Origin: Octopus vulgaris
Lineage: Eukaryota
Assembly (NCBI GenBank): GCA_951406725.2
Contig: OX597819.1
Span: forward strand, 86,676,001-86,740,000
Direction of reading: 5' to 3'
DNA: 64,000 bases
Numbering within the stretch: the first letter of the stretch is position 1; each line of letters starts with the position of its first letter. Shown here piece after piece: positions 1 through 12,909 of the stretch. Position numbers and translations under genes: made by a program. The notes under the pieces are model-generated. The model saw nothing but the letters and a program-made list of their open reading frames with translations, was not told the origin of the DNA and did no database searches.

Positions 1-619
1 GGCAGCTGCGCAACGCCGACATCCGCTCAATTATTACTGCGTCCTCGCTTGGTCCGTTGCTATGGACAGCAATGTTTACATTGTAAGATAATCAATACAT
101 TGTACCAGGTGCAAGAAAAGGTTATATATATATAACCTTATGTACACAAATTAGATGACCAAAGATAACAGTCTGAATTCAGATTTTTAATTAATCGATA
201 TGACACGATTTGCCTCACAGACGTTTACACGTTCAACCCTAACTTTTAATTTACGAAGATTTTTTTTTTAACATTATTCTCGCTGACATGATGAAGTAAT
301 CAAATATTTATATTTGAGGTTCAAGTATTAAGTGTAGTCATAAAAATTTTGCTTACCAACGATTATATGTGCAAGATGTGTTGTAATTTTGCTTATCGAA
401 GTTTTAACTATCAGCTTAAAGTAACTTTATTTTGATTTATTTAGTTTATAATGAAAGCAAATTGGTCGTTTAAGAACGGTTTTGAATTTCTATGAATTAT
501 ACGGGCTTCTTTCTTTTTTTTTCTTCCCTTTTTGTTCTTTTTGTAAAGTTTGTCGCTACTATAAACACTGTACACTGTCTGATAAAGAAATATTTATTTA
601 TTTATTCTTATTTTTTATA

Positions 620-926
620 TTTGTTTCTGTCATTTGACTACGGCCATGCTGGAGTACAGCCTTGAAGGGTTTCAGTCAAACAAATCGACTCCAGAACTTA
701 TTCTATCGGTCTCTTTTGCTGAGCAGCCAAGTTACGGTGACGTTTAACACACCAATACCAGTTGTCAAGCGACGATGGGAGGACGGACGGATGTACGTAC
801 ATACATACATACATACATACATACACATACATGCACACATACATACATACATACATACATACATACATACATACACATACACCCACATACATGCACACAT
901 ACATACATACATACATATGATATATA

Positions 927-977
<51 letters not shown>

Positions 978-1115
978 CGGGCGTCTTTCACCAAATAATC
1001 TCACAAAGCTTTGGTCGGCACAAACGCTATAGTAGAAGACACCTGCTCAATGTGCCACGCAGTGGGATTGAACCCGGAGCCATGTGTTTGGGAAGCAAGT
1101 TTCTTCTTACCACAC
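620..1115 (-). mobile_element. tRNA-derived SINE, family A (internal microsatellite, CR1-like tail)
   Basis: The reverse complement gives a tRNA-like head (GGTTCAATCCC B-box), the family body, an internal (TA)/(CA)/(TACA) array and the tail CCAGCATGGCC...CAAATGAC; matches the copies at 3155, 17600, 43487 and 55650. Confidence 0.85.
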
Positions 1116-1848
1116 ATTATTATTGTTATAAGTGTATCTTGGGAGAATCGTTTTTAATGATTTAATCTGATTACGAGGATGGTTGAAAATGAAGATTTTT
1201 ATCGCCTCTATCATCGTCATCATCACTGTTTTAACATCAGTGTTTTTTTATGGTGGTATGGTTTGTCCAGGTCTACAATTAAGGCACAATGCTATTCCTC
1301 TCTCAATACAGAATCATCTTGCCTGTGACGCCCAGCATCTTCAGGTCTGATTACACTAGTTTTCTAGTTTCTTCCACTATCATCCTTGTTCAATCTTAAA
1401 ATACGATGATTTGTCTTCATTGTTTTTAAGTTCATAAACAATAGTAATGCTCTCCGTAAGCTTCGACTGACATTAATCAAGTTAAAATATTTACCCAAAA
1501 TTTTGACTACGCAGGCTTCCAGGAGTTATTGCTTACATCATAAACCTGTGCTCAAATATGCAAACTTTTCTATTTCTATTTTTGAACCAGTGTTTCTTGG
1601 TTTATTATTTACGTAATAAGACATAATTCCAGGTATAGGGAGATCATGAAATTGATGTAGCTTGAATCTTATGAATTCATATGATAAAATCATATATATT
1701 ATTTTATTATATGGATTCACAAGAATCAAGACGTAGGCTCACAGTGAAATAAATAACATCAAATGCTTGTAGGGTGTCGTAGATATGCGAGTATCAGATC
1801 CAATTTAAACCACAGTTCCAGTTCAGGAGCGTAGGTGTACAAAAGAAA

Positions 1849-1878
<30 letters not shown>

Positions 1879-1880
<2 letters not shown>

Positions 1881-3052
1881 CTGGAAAACTTGGAGTGTGG
1901 TTACATGGCTTCCTGAAAGATAGGAGTCAGGCAGTAGTGGTTAATGGAGCCACCTCTATGAACACACAAATAGTGAGCGGTGTTTCACAGGTCACTGTCT
2001 TGGGACCACTGCTTTTTATAGTGACCCTCTCAGATATGCCCTCAAATGCCCGGATAGCCACTCTGGCCAGCTATGCAGACGATACGAAAGTCTCGCAAAA
2101 AATACAGAACCCCAGCGATGTTGCACACCTGCAGCAGGAGTTGGACTCAATCTACAGATGGGCTGAGGATAATAATATACAGTTTAATGCTGAAAAATTC
2201 CAGGCCCTGCGCTACCAGCTTCCAAAACTGAATATTAAACTTACAGGATACACCGGTCCACAGGGAATTTCAATCCCAGAGCCTAAGTCTGTGAGGGACT
2301 TGGGTATCGACATGAGTGAGGATACCTCTTTCCAAGTGCACATTACCAGGATGGCGACAAAGTGCAGACGACTGGCTGGATGGATCCTAAGAACATTCAA
2401 AACCAGAGATAAGGAAACCATGATGGTCCTCTGACGGACATTCGTCCTCAGCCGCCTGGATTACTGCTCACAGCTATGGTCACCCACCAGTGTGAAATTA
2501 ACAGCGGACCTTGAAGCAATCCAGAGAAGATTCACAAAGAAGATCGTCTCTTTGCAACAGCTCAGCTACTGGGAAAGGTTGAAACAGATAAGACTCTACT
2601 CCATGGAGAGAAGACGGGAGAGGTATGCAGTAATATATGTCTGGAAGATCCTGGAAGGAATTGTGCCAAATTTTGGCATTGTAAGCTATACCAATGCTAG
2701 AACGGGACGACACTGCATAGTGCCAAAGATCCCAGCAATGCCATCACACTTCAGGACCAGCTACTGCAACAGCCTGGGTTTCAAGGGCCCACAGCTTTTT
2801 AATATTCTCCCAAAGAGTCTGAGGAACTTGCACAAAGTAGATGTAGCGGTTTTTAAATCAAAGCTGGACATCTTCCTGTCGAGAGTCCCAGATGAACCTA
2901 CTTCACGGCAAGAGGTGCAAATGAGAGTAGCTATATCAAACTCCATTCTTCACCAAGTGCCACATATTAGAGGAGGCTCTTCGTAATAACAGTGTAGCAC
3001 AAAACGGTGGTGCATCAGCATGGCCGCAGCTCTGAGCTGAAACAAGAAAAAA
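1879..3052 (+). mobile_element. 5'-truncated CR1/L2-group LINE: RT C-terminal half plus 3' UTR
   Basis: ORFs 1835-2434 and 2492-2986 are in the same frame, split by one TGA at 2432-2434. Motifs VLGPLLF, YADDTK, RDLG, RLDYCSQLWSP, LSYWERLK, ERRRERY. A-rich end near 3045. The 5' end abuts (TA)n. Confidence 0.9.
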
Positions 3053-3154
3053 AATATAAATAATTATTATTTGAGGGAATAGTAATCCAAAATTACAGGG
3101 AAAAAAATTCAATTTAGAAATAGTAAATCAAATTTCATACAATATAATATATAC

Positions 3155-3572
3155 TCTTTACTCTCTTTTACTCTTTTACTTGTTTCAGTCATTTGACTGC
3201 GGCCATGCTGGAGCACCGCCTTTAGTGGAGCAAATCGACCCCGGGACTTATTCTATGTAAGCCCAGTACTTATTCTATCGGTCTCTTTTGCCGAACTGCT
3301 AAGTGACAGGGAGATAAACACTCCAGCATCGGTTGTCAGGCGATGTTGGGGGGACAAACACAGACACACAAACACACACACAAACATATATATATATATA
3401 CATATATTCGACAGGCTTCTTTTCAGTTTCTGTCTACCAAATCCACTCACAAGGCATTGGTCGGCCCGGGGCTATAGCAGAAGACACTTGCCCAAGATGC
3501 CACGCAGTGGGACTGAACCTGGAACCATGTGGTTGGTTAGCAAGCTACTTACCACACAGCCACTCCTGCGCC
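3155..3572 (-). mobile_element. SINE family A, near full length
   Basis: rc reads GGCGCAGGAGTGGCTGTGTGGTAAG (A box) ... GGTTCAGTCCC (B box) ... CTTGGGCAAGTGTCTT (CORE-like) ... GGCGGTGCTCCAGCATGGCCGCAGTCAAATGACTGAAAC-(AGTAAAAG)n. Confidence 0.9.
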
Positions 3573-3827
3573 TATATATATATATATAAAATGAGAAAAA
3601 AAACACCTTTTATCAATTCAAAATAAATAATTAAATTACACCATCAAGAAAATGACATATAAATAGAAATATTAAAATTAAAATAACAATAAAATATCAA
3701 TAATTAAGTAAATTGCAAAAAAATTAAACATATAATTGGCGATTTTTTTCCTCCGTCTTCCCTTCCTTGGTATGTATATATATATATGTATGTATGTATG
3801 TGTATATATATATATATATATAAAGAA

Positions 3828-4160
3828 GGGTAAAGACCCCCTTCGGTCATGAATGACCATGGGATTGCACCTAGAAAGTTACCCTCCTAGACACAAGTCC
3901 GGGCAAGGTTGTTTTATGGAAGACCAGCAGTCGCTCATGCATACCGGCCTCCCCTCTCCACGCCACCAGTGTTATCCAAGGGAAAGACAAAGGTCGATAC
4001 AGCTTGGAACCAGTGACGTCGCAACTCATTTCTACAGCTGAGTGAACTGGAGCAACGTGAAATAAAGTGTTTTGCTCAAGAACACAACACGCAGCCCGGT
4101 CCGGGATTCGAGCTCACAACCTCACGATCGTAAGCTCGACGCTCTAACCACTGAGCCATG
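3828..4160 (-). mobile_element. tRNA(Arg)-like SINE, family B
   Basis: rc head TGGCTCAGTGGTTAGAGCG...CTTACGATC...TCGAATCCCGG; body TTGTGTTCTTGAGCAA...CACTCAGCTGTAGAAATGAG; tail CATGACCGAAGGGGGTCTTT. Close relatives at 15717 and 22139. Confidence 0.9.
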
Positions 4161-4190
4161 TATATATATGTATGTATGTATATATATATG

Positions 4191-4265
<75 letters not shown>

Positions 4266-4286
4266 ATATATATATCTATCTATATG

Positions 4287-4317
<31 letters not shown>

Positions 4318-4329
4318 GTGTGTGTGTGT

Positions 4330-6456
4330 ATTCTTCCTATGACCTTAAACGATACCAGGCCCAACTACACACATAGATTAACAGCCACAACCACACACAC
4401 ACACACAGACACATGTATTATCATTACACACACACACATACGCACACAGACCAGCGCGCACGCACATACACACACATACCTCCTTCTCTTGCACTCTCCT
4501 GTCTTTGAAAGAACTTTTTCTTCACCCATTCCCTTCCAATCATTCAATATGTGACCGCGTGTGTATCGTTGGCGATTATTTTCCTCCGGCTTCCCTTCCT
4601 TGGATCTTTCCTTTTCCTATGTTTCTGACGAAGAGCTCCGCTCGAAACGTTAAATCCTCCTCCTTTCTTTCCTTTCCTGAGCGTCTAATAACGCTATACT
4701 TGTTCCACGTCCTCGCGTTGTTGTGTTTTCAGGTTTGGATTAACTTTGTATATCGCACGCTCACACGGACCCCGGCCTTCTGACTGACTTGGATAACCAA
4801 TTCCTGGATTTTTACACCTACGGATTACTATTACCATTCATCCGGAGTACGCCACTGTAATCGAGATTGGAAATCCAAACAATTTGTCCGTGACTCTTCC
4901 ATTTTTTCTCGTCCTCTTTTTACCTTTTTTCTTCTACTTCCACTTTTCTCCTTTTGTCGCCACCATTTACAGCTACACAGACATTCACACCCTCTCACCA
5001 TGCATGACCTCCACTCCTTCCTCCAATACTTTCAATCCCTTCTTTGCCGTCCCCCCCCCCCCCAATGCTTGCAACCCGCAAAAAAACTCTCTCACTTTTT
5101 AAAAAACTCGCCACTCTAGCCATCTCTCTTTTCTTAGCCGTTACCTCCACCATCACGTCACACCCCGTGGCTTCCTCTTGAAGTTCAACGCTACCCCCTA
5201 TTCCTACCCCCTCATCGGACCCACCCTCGCCCGCACTTCCCGCCTCCTCATCCGTGCCACCATCCGTTCCACCCGCTCCCTCCTTCACTCTCTTGACCAC
5301 CAACTTCCCCAGGCTTACCTCCTCTCCTCCCTCTGCCCTCTACCTTCACTCAACCCATTCTCCGCTTCATTCTTAATCTCAACCACCAACTCCACAATTT
5401 CCTCACACACAAAAAAAACAAAAACTCCACCACCTCCTCAACCCTTCACCTCCCTCCCCTTCAGCTCCCCCGACTCCCTCCAATCCCGCATCCACCACGC
5501 TCTTTCCTCTGTACCCTCCACAGACCCACACACACCCACCCTGACTTTCCCACCCCTACCCCATCTTCACCCAACCATTCCAACCCTCCTCCCCACGCCT
5601 CTGCATCCCCTCTTTCTGACCCCACTCACCCCAACACTCTGCTCCCTCACACTGTTGTCACTATACCATCCAACCTCCCCCTCTCCGCTGCCGAGCGCTC
5701 ACTCCTCAGTAGAGGACTCCGCTTCACTCCACTGCGACGAATTTGAGACCCGCACCGACGTCAGCTATTTCCTACGCCGCATCAAACTATGCGCGTTTTT
5801 CCACACGTCTACACAACGTCACGACAATCGAGATTGCTTTTCGGAGCTGGGGCACTGCCCATCCAACTGGACGCCGCCTCCAGGCCAATTCAGTAGCCTA
5901 CACTTGTTCGTGCACGACTGCAATGCGTTGGTCAACCGATTCAATTTCAATAAATGACCCTCCGAGCCAATCTCACCTGTGCTGAATCGACTGCCCTTCG
6001 CAACCTCCGTCGCCGCAACAACATTGTCATCAAACCGGCAGACAAAGGCGGAGCAGTGGTGGTGTGGAGTGCGGACCTATACGGAGAGGAGGAGCTCAGC
6101 CAACTTCAAAATCCCCTCTTCTATCGCCTCCTCCCCTCCGACCCCACCATCCGTGACCTCATACCCTCTTCTGCTTCCCCCCGCCACCAACCTCATCATC
6201 CGAACACCCCGGACATCCACCATCAATTTCCTTCCCAAAATACATAAACCCAACAACCCTGGCCGCCTCATCGTTTCTACCTGTAATTGTCCCACCGAAC
6301 TCATTTCCAAATACCTTGACCGCATCCTGTCTCCTTTAGTTGCTGCCCTCCCATCTCACTTACACGACACTAATCACGCCCTTCGTCTCTTCAATTCCTT
6401 TTCCTTCTCTCCCGGCCCCTCACACTTCCTCTTCACCTTGGACATCAAATCCCTAT
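4330..6456 (+). mobile_element. Penelope-like element: pLTR-like leader with hammerhead motif, then a frameshifted ORF to RT motif A
   Basis: Peptides IVIKPADKGGAVVVW, FLPKIHKPNNPGRLIVSTCNCPTELISKYLDRIL and FTLDIKSLY are diagnostic of PLE RT. Truncated at (TATG)n. Confidence 0.88.
4621..4655 (+). ncRNA. Minimal type I hammerhead-like motif in the PLE pLTR
   Basis: GTTT-CTGACGA-A-GAGC-TCC-GCTC-GAAA-CGTT-AAAT: core boxes CUGANGA and GAAA, 4-bp stem II, very short palindromic stem III. Confidence 0.6.
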
Positions 6457-6474
6457 ATGTATGTATGTATAATA

Positions 6475-7128
6475 ATGTCAAGGGTGGTTTACAAATTCAA
6501 AGATGATAATTTCGATCTTTTGGATGGGTATCGATCAGGAAGACCAACTGTTCTCAATAATGACGCAGTGCAAATAGCAGTAGGAGTGGATGCGCGTCAA
6601 GGTATCGGGGGTTTATCTCAGAAACTTAATAAACCTTGGCCCACAGTGCAAGATCATCTAAAGAAGATTAGGAAAAAGTATAGAGAAGAAATGTTGATAC
6701 CCCATTCTGCACCATGACAATGTAAGACCGCATTCAGTGAAGGTAACTCTCGAAAGGATAAAGGAATGTGAGTAGTCTCCTGAGAATATAGAAATGCGTT
6801 CAGCAAGGTAACTCAAGAAAAGATAAGTTCATTAGGCTGGGAAGCTGTAACTCACCTTCTCTATTTAGCAGACCTAACACCATCAGATTTTCACGTTTGC
6901 CAGTGTGAAAAAAAAATTGAGAAGCATGGACGATATCAAAACGGCATTCCAAACATTTTTATCTTTAAAATAACGTGAAAATAACCGAGAAAATCAGAAA
7001 ACTGATTTCGAGGTGGGGGAATAATTATTGCTATTGATGATTTTGAATGAATAAATATATTTATATGTTTTATGCAGATTTTAATTCAATACACAAAATG
7101 CAACGTTACTTTTCGGTACCCCTAATAT
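6475..7128 (+). mobile_element. Decayed mariner transposon (internally deleted) with 3' TIR
   Basis: KFKDDNFDL..RSGRP (HTH), HDNVRPH and LGWEAVTH..YLADLTPSDFH (YSPDLAPSD-like) motifs; ends in TTACTTTTCGGTACCCCTAATA. Confidence 0.85.
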
Positions 7129-7129
7129 A

Positions 7130-7580
7130 TATTGAAAAGATTAAAGGTTTTTACATGAGTAAATCTATACAATAAAACAAAAAGAAGAAATATTATGAGA
7201 ACTTTATCGTGGATAAAAGGAAGAAAGTAATTAAATTTTTTATCAAAATGAGCTACAGGTTTCAATCGCTTGAAGAGATTCTTTAGTCATGCTAAATAAA
7301 ACGGAAAATGAAGTAAATAAAATAAAATTTATTTTTCATGTTAGCAGTTCTGAAATCACATCTTTCAGCGTTGGTATGTTTTGGAATGTGATGTTGTAAA
7401 CCACATTGCTTTTTGATATAGAACGGAAAGTTTCAATTCCAATATACTCTTTGTTTTTTTAATTCTCTTGTTCCTCCAGGATACTGAATTTTTTGACTTG
7501 TTGTATTCCATTATCAATTAAGGATGATGAGTAGTTCCTGTCAAGGAGTGTATTCTTTAGTTTTTGAAGTCTTGCATCGG
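7130..7580 (-). mobile_element. Highly decayed PLE 3' fragment with degenerate hammerhead motif
   Basis: rc encodes KSNVVYNIT (GIY-like). rc of 7254-7286 reads CTAAAGA-ATC...GAT-T-GAAA-CCTG-TA. Confidence 0.4.
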
Positions 7581-7590
7581 AGGGTCAACA

Positions 7591-8000
7591 GGTGCAGGTG
7601 TGGCTGTGTGGTAAAAAGTTTGCTTCCCAATCATATAGTTCCTGATTCAGTCCTACTGTGAGGCATCTTGGGCAAGAGTTTTCTACTAAAGCCTCGGGTC
7701 GACCAAAGCCTTGTGAAAGGATTTGGCAAACTGAAACTGAAAGAATACTGTCACGTGTGAGTGTGTATGTGTGTGTGTGTGTGTCTTTGTGTCTGTGTTT
7801 GTCTCCAACCGCTTCACAAGCGGTGTTAGTGTGATTACATCTCTGTAATCTAGTGGCTCGGCAAAACAGACCGCTACAGTGAGTATCAGGCTTAAATAAT
7901 AAAATTAAGTTCTGGGGTCGACTTGTTGGACTAAAATTCAAAGCGGTGTCCCAGCATGGCCACAGTCTAATGACTGAAACAAGTAGAAGAATAAAAGAAT
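7591..8000 (+). mobile_element. SINE family A
   Basis: Head GGTGCAGGTGTGGCTGTGTGGTAA, internal (TG)n, tail CCAGCATGGCCACAGTCTAATGACTGAAAC. Confidence 0.85.
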
Positions 8001-8199
8001 TACAATTTCCTTCTCAAAATGAGAAACAATCAACGACATTCCCCGAAATACGCCAACGAAGCGAATTCAAAAATTCAACAATCAACCGTATACATCAATC
8101 CCACGCTATTACACCAATAATATCAAGCAACCTGTCCACAGGAACAAAGACACTCGGGGGTACCATACAAACAAGAGAAACCAAAAATAACGATTTCAA

Positions 8200-8372
8200 A
8201 TTTTGACAGAAGGTCAACAATTTTAGCGGAGGTGTAAGTCGATTATGTCGACCCCAGTATTCAACTGGTACTTATTTTATCGACTCCAAAAGGATGAAAG
8301 GTTAAGTCAACCTCGGCGGAATTTGAACTCAGAACGTAAAACCAAAATTCCGCTAAGCATTTTGCTCGGTGT
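8200..8372 (-). mobile_element. SINE family C fragment
   Basis: rc contains GTTCTGAGTTCAAATTCCGCCGAGG...CCTTTCATCCTTTTGGAGTCGATAAAATAAGTACCAG. Confidence 0.8.
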
Positions 8373-9189
8373 AAAGATTTCAAGTTACCCACCGACCCAT
8401 TTCAAGTACCTCTTGATAATCTGAAATCCATTTCTGATTACGGGCTGAGGTAGGGTGGGTGGGGGTTAACCTGAAGCCGATTTCAAATTATTCCCGCGCT
8501 GTTCACATTACCCTCTTGCTGAAATAATAATTTCTAAGACTTACAAGTCCTGATATTTTTATAGCATTAAACACGGATTACATTCAAGATTGTAAAGTAA
8601 TCTTAAAATATGAAAATAGGACAAAAATATTAGATTATTTTGCGCACTTTTGTGATACGCTGAAAAATATCAGAGATTCTGTGTTGGTAATTTTTTTTTA
8701 AATAAAAGCATTCTTGTTTTTTGTTAACGAGAAAGTAATTTGGATTAAAATATTACTTTTTTTTCTATAGATATGTATCAGATAAATGTTGTTTATAGAG
8801 GACTGAGTTGTCTTGACAGAATGTAACGATAAGAGATTGATTTGAAGAACGATATGTTTTTCATATACAAACCGAAATTTATTGGTAACGAAATGTATTT
8901 ATATACATTAAAACATCAGTTTTCTTTTCTTTTTTTTTTTTTTTAGTTTGGAGCTTGGATATCTTGATGTTCGTAATTTGTTTCTCGTTTTTCACTTGCT
9001 GGTGGTTGCTCTATATATCGAGTGAGGTTGGTAGCACTTACTTTCTTTTCTAGTACTGTATTGTTATTTGCAAGCCGATAGGTTACTCTACAACAAGAAA
9101 GGTCTCCGATACGATCTCCGCAACACAAGCAACACATCGCGACAAATTGGTGACTCTCGGCTCAAGAAAAAAAACCCCCAGTAAAACCA

Positions 9190-9750
9190 CAATATCTCCT
9201 CAACAAAATCTGGCCCCGCATATGAAACCCACCATCTGAATAACTGTTTAGATATCCTGCTCAAGCCATTTTTCAAGCACATCAGAAATTTCATAAGATG
9301 ATTTAGATATGCTAAGCACACTCCGCACTTACATACATGTTAAATGCATGTATATCTTTGCTACTTAAACTTACAAAACAAATTTAATTAATGTCTCTTA
9401 AAATTACATAAAACAGAATGAAGAAACTACTTTTCTAAAGATAATTGCGTATTAGTGGTAAACTAATGAATTTCGTCTATATTTTATTTTTTTCTCTATT
9501 ATTGAATTATTTTATTATTTTTCTTCTTTCGGTCGAATGCTTTTACAAAATGCTATATTCTCAAGTGAAAAATTTTGCCTGCTTGATCGCTGTTGTATAT
9601 ATGTTGTATATTCCTGTGTGGATGTTTAGTATATCTTGTTTCTATCTCTAAATGTTATACGTGTGTATCTGCGCATAATATAATTTCTATTGTCTGACGT
9701 CAACCAATGGATATATATTGTGTTGGTACAATAATAAATAAACACATTTT
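9190..9750 (+). mobile_element. Decayed PLE RT fragment with AT-rich tail
   Basis: GPAYETHHLNNCLDILLKPFFKHIRNFIR resembles the PLE RT region following RPIV. Confidence 0.55.
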
Positions 9751-10117
9751 TTTATAGGGGTTTAGAAAGCAGAAATATGCTGGAAGCAATTTTAGGCAAA
9801 AGGGCTTTTGTTGAAGAGAAAGTTGCATCACCACAATCAATTATTTTCTTTAAAATTACAGTGCTGACAGATCGACAAACAGACACTAGTTATCAATAGT
9901 TTGCAAATATTCTTTCAAATGATGGTATTTTACATTCATTTGACGAGATTCTAAGATGTAAATATTCTGTAATTTGCCACAAAACTGTACAATAGATAAG
10001 GATATGTAACAAGATGTACACACATTCCGCAAGATACATCTTAAATTCATCTTTTGAATTTTTCACCAAAATGCTTAACAAATATTTACATAGATCATGG
10101 ATTATGTGTGGCTATAA

Positions 10118-10890
10118 CTTGACACCCTGGACGACGCCCCTCGTCACGACTTGGTCCTACTAATTGGCGACTTCAATGCCAAAATCAGGAGAAACCGACA
10201 ATGCTACGAGCACGTAATTGATCCAAGCGGCAATGGCAATCGGTTGGTCTCGTTCTGCTCAACGAATGGGTTGACGATCGGAAACACTTACTTCGAACAC
10301 ATTGAGACCGGTGTACGGCAAAGGTGCATTTTATCTCCTCTCCTATTTCTTATGGCGATCGAATTTATCATGAGCGGGGCGATGCGTAAACACGGATTTG
10401 GGTAGTGTGGGTCGGGGAGCCTGACTGACCTCGACTTCGCCGATGACATCGCGCTCCTCGGAGCGACGAAGAATGTCATTCGTACAATGACAGAGAGATT
10501 GGAACGGAGGCGGCCAAGATCGGACTCTGCATAAGTGCAAACAAGACGAAGATCATGAGGATTAGATATGTCGATGGGAAGGAACAACAATGGCGTCCTT
10601 TTCATGATTGGACAACACCAAATCGAGGAGTTTAATGAATTCACCTATTTGGGCAGCGTCGTGACCAACGATGGAGGCGAAAACCACACCATTCTGTGGA
10701 AGTCACCGTATGGCAAGAGGAAAGAAAGGCGACCAAAAGCGACTTGGAACCGCACCTTCATCGATGACGTCAAACCAGTGACATTTTATGGGACGAAGCT
10801 GAAATCGCCGCGGCCGACCGACCATGCTGGAGAAGCATTGCCGACAAGTGCATCACACAGCACAGGAGAACCTAGAACTAAGATAACATG
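10118..10890 (+). mobile_element. Internally deleted RTE-clade LINE
   Basis: APE motifs LIGDFNAK and NGNRLVSFCSTNGLTIGNTYFEH fused directly to RT motifs GVRQRCILSPLLF, LTDLDFADDIALL, FTYLGSVV, then C-terminal GKRKERRPKATW. Confidence 0.88.
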
Positions 10891-11000
10891 AAATCTATAC
10901 AGTTAAAAAGTAAAAGAAAAACGTAGCTTTTGATATATGTCATAAAGAAAATACGAGTGATCTTTGCACCAAATTTTCCCCTATGGATCATTAGGTTTCA

Positions 11001-11302
11001 AGGCGCAGGTATGGCCGTGTGAAAAGAAGTTTACTTCCCAACCACATGGTTTCGAGTTCAGTTTCACAACGTAGTGCTTTGGGTAAATGTCTTATACTAT
11101 AGACCAGGGCTGACCAAAAGCTTGTAAGTGGAAGTGGTAGACGGAAACTGAAATAAACCCGACGTATATATATATAATATTATTAAAAGACATTAAATAC
11201 ACAAACACGAGAAACAGACACAGAGTGTTGCCAACTTCTCATCATTTATCGACCAGAGGGTCAAACACAATTTATATATATATATATATATATATTTGTG
11301 TG

Positions 11303-11370
<68 letters not shown>

Positions 11371-11600
11371 CGTGCGTGCGTGTGTGTGTGAGTATTTGTA
11401 CTTGTGTGTTTCTTGCCTCCGCTTGACAAACCGATGTTGGTTTGTTTAGGGTTCCGCAACATACCAGTTCGGCAAAACAGACCGATAGAATGAGTACCCG
11501 ATTTAGAAAAATAAAATAACTCCTGGGATCGATTTGTTCGACTAAACTCCTCAAGGCAGTGCCCCAGCATGGTCACGATCAAGTGAAAGAAGATACTCAG
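11001..11600 (+). mobile_element. SINE family A with expanded internal repeat
   Basis: Head GGCGCAGGTATGGCCGTGTG..GAGTTCAG; GGTAGACGGAAACTGAA; tail GGCAGTGCCCCAGCATGG. Confidence 0.8.
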
Positions 11601-11681
11601 TAACAAAACATAATTATTAGTATGCAAACTTGACAATGTATTTTTCAACAAATATTTATGTAAACCATGAAATATTTGATG

Positions 11682-12450
11682 TGTAGCGTACATTCGAGTG
11701 AAATTTCTCTCTCTCTCCTTTATTATATATACGACATTCCGAACGTAGCAGGTAACAGCTAACCTTTGGCAAGCTAGCATTGCGGCAATCTCTTTCTCTG
11801 TCGCCACCATTATCTTCTTAACGTCATCAACATCGTCTCTACGTACACGGCTCAATAAGCAACTCGCCCAGGTTTCAACACTGCACTGTTCGTGAATTAC
11901 GTCACCATGGATCCATAGCAAATATACAACCTGCGAGAATTCCTGTACCAAGTGATCCAGGCAGCAGCATCACAGCCACAACTTCACGTACGACATGTTC
12001 AACGTATGACATGTACCGCAACCGGCTTAACATCATGACCGCAACTTCTTGTTACAGTATTTCAACTACCGTGTACAATTGATTACGAACTGGTACTTCT
12101 CATTCTTGAGTCTATGAACATTCGTCTGACTTCTCATTATGGATTCTTCCACTGTCTTCTTCACTGCTATTCTTATATGTACTTAACAAACACGCATACA
12201 TACATCCATGCTTATACACACATACACTTTATTCTCATGACGGCCTGTCTATTATTCAGTATACATGACGCACACACAAATACACACATTAATATAACAA
12301 TAAATCTTCTCTTAAACATTCTACTCGGTTGTATCTCTCTTTTTTTCCCCTCTGGCACATATATGTATTATTCTTTTTATATTTATTGTAAAGGTCGTAT
12401 GATGTACTAATGACTCATTCGTGTCACCTCGCATCGCACGGTCTCTTACA
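11682..12450 (-). mobile_element. Solo LTR (TGTA...TACA termini, 4-bp TSD GATG)
   Basis: GATG (11678-11681) | TGTAGCG ... CTCTTACA | GATG (12451-12454). On the minus strand, AATAAA lies about 35 nt before the terminal CA. Confidence 0.7.
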
Positions 12451-12845
12451 GATGCTATGACACTAAGTCTGTAGAGAGATAGAAAAACGGATAGATTCAA
12501 CTTCTGATGCACAACATGAATGGAAAATGTCTGATATTACATCGTGCTTCGAGGCCTGCATTTCTCGTCAGGTAATTTAAAAATAGAAAATAGATACAAT
12601 CTCTCTGCGGCCAGCAGCACAAGGCTGTCAGTTATATAGAGTTAGAAGTATATCTGCCTGGATCGGGTGACTGGACTGAAAAATAGATATATTTTATATC
12701 TGACAAGATGAAACTATATTTTAAGAAAAAGTTACCTTCAAAGCATTCATCATGAAATTAACTGTCTCTTTCATACTGGATAACAAAGCACATGCAGGCC
12801 TACATACATGCATCTACTCATGTATTATATCCTTTTGGTTATGAC

Positions 12846-12900
<55 letters not shown>

Positions 12901-12909
12901 ACTCATAAG

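Noticed and set aside
55-80. RFX half-site GTTGCTATGG next to a FOX-like TGTTTAC
   Set aside because: The second X-box half does not fit the consensus and upstream context is cut off by the window edge.
5178-5957. 259-aa Pro/Leu/Ser-rich ORF as a host gene
   Set aside because: It lies inside the Penelope-like element and is a frameshifted, C-rich N-terminal region of it.
11193-11951. 252-aa ORF
   Set aside because: It runs across a solo LTR, a SINE tail and a (CA)n tract, so it is a chance open frame.
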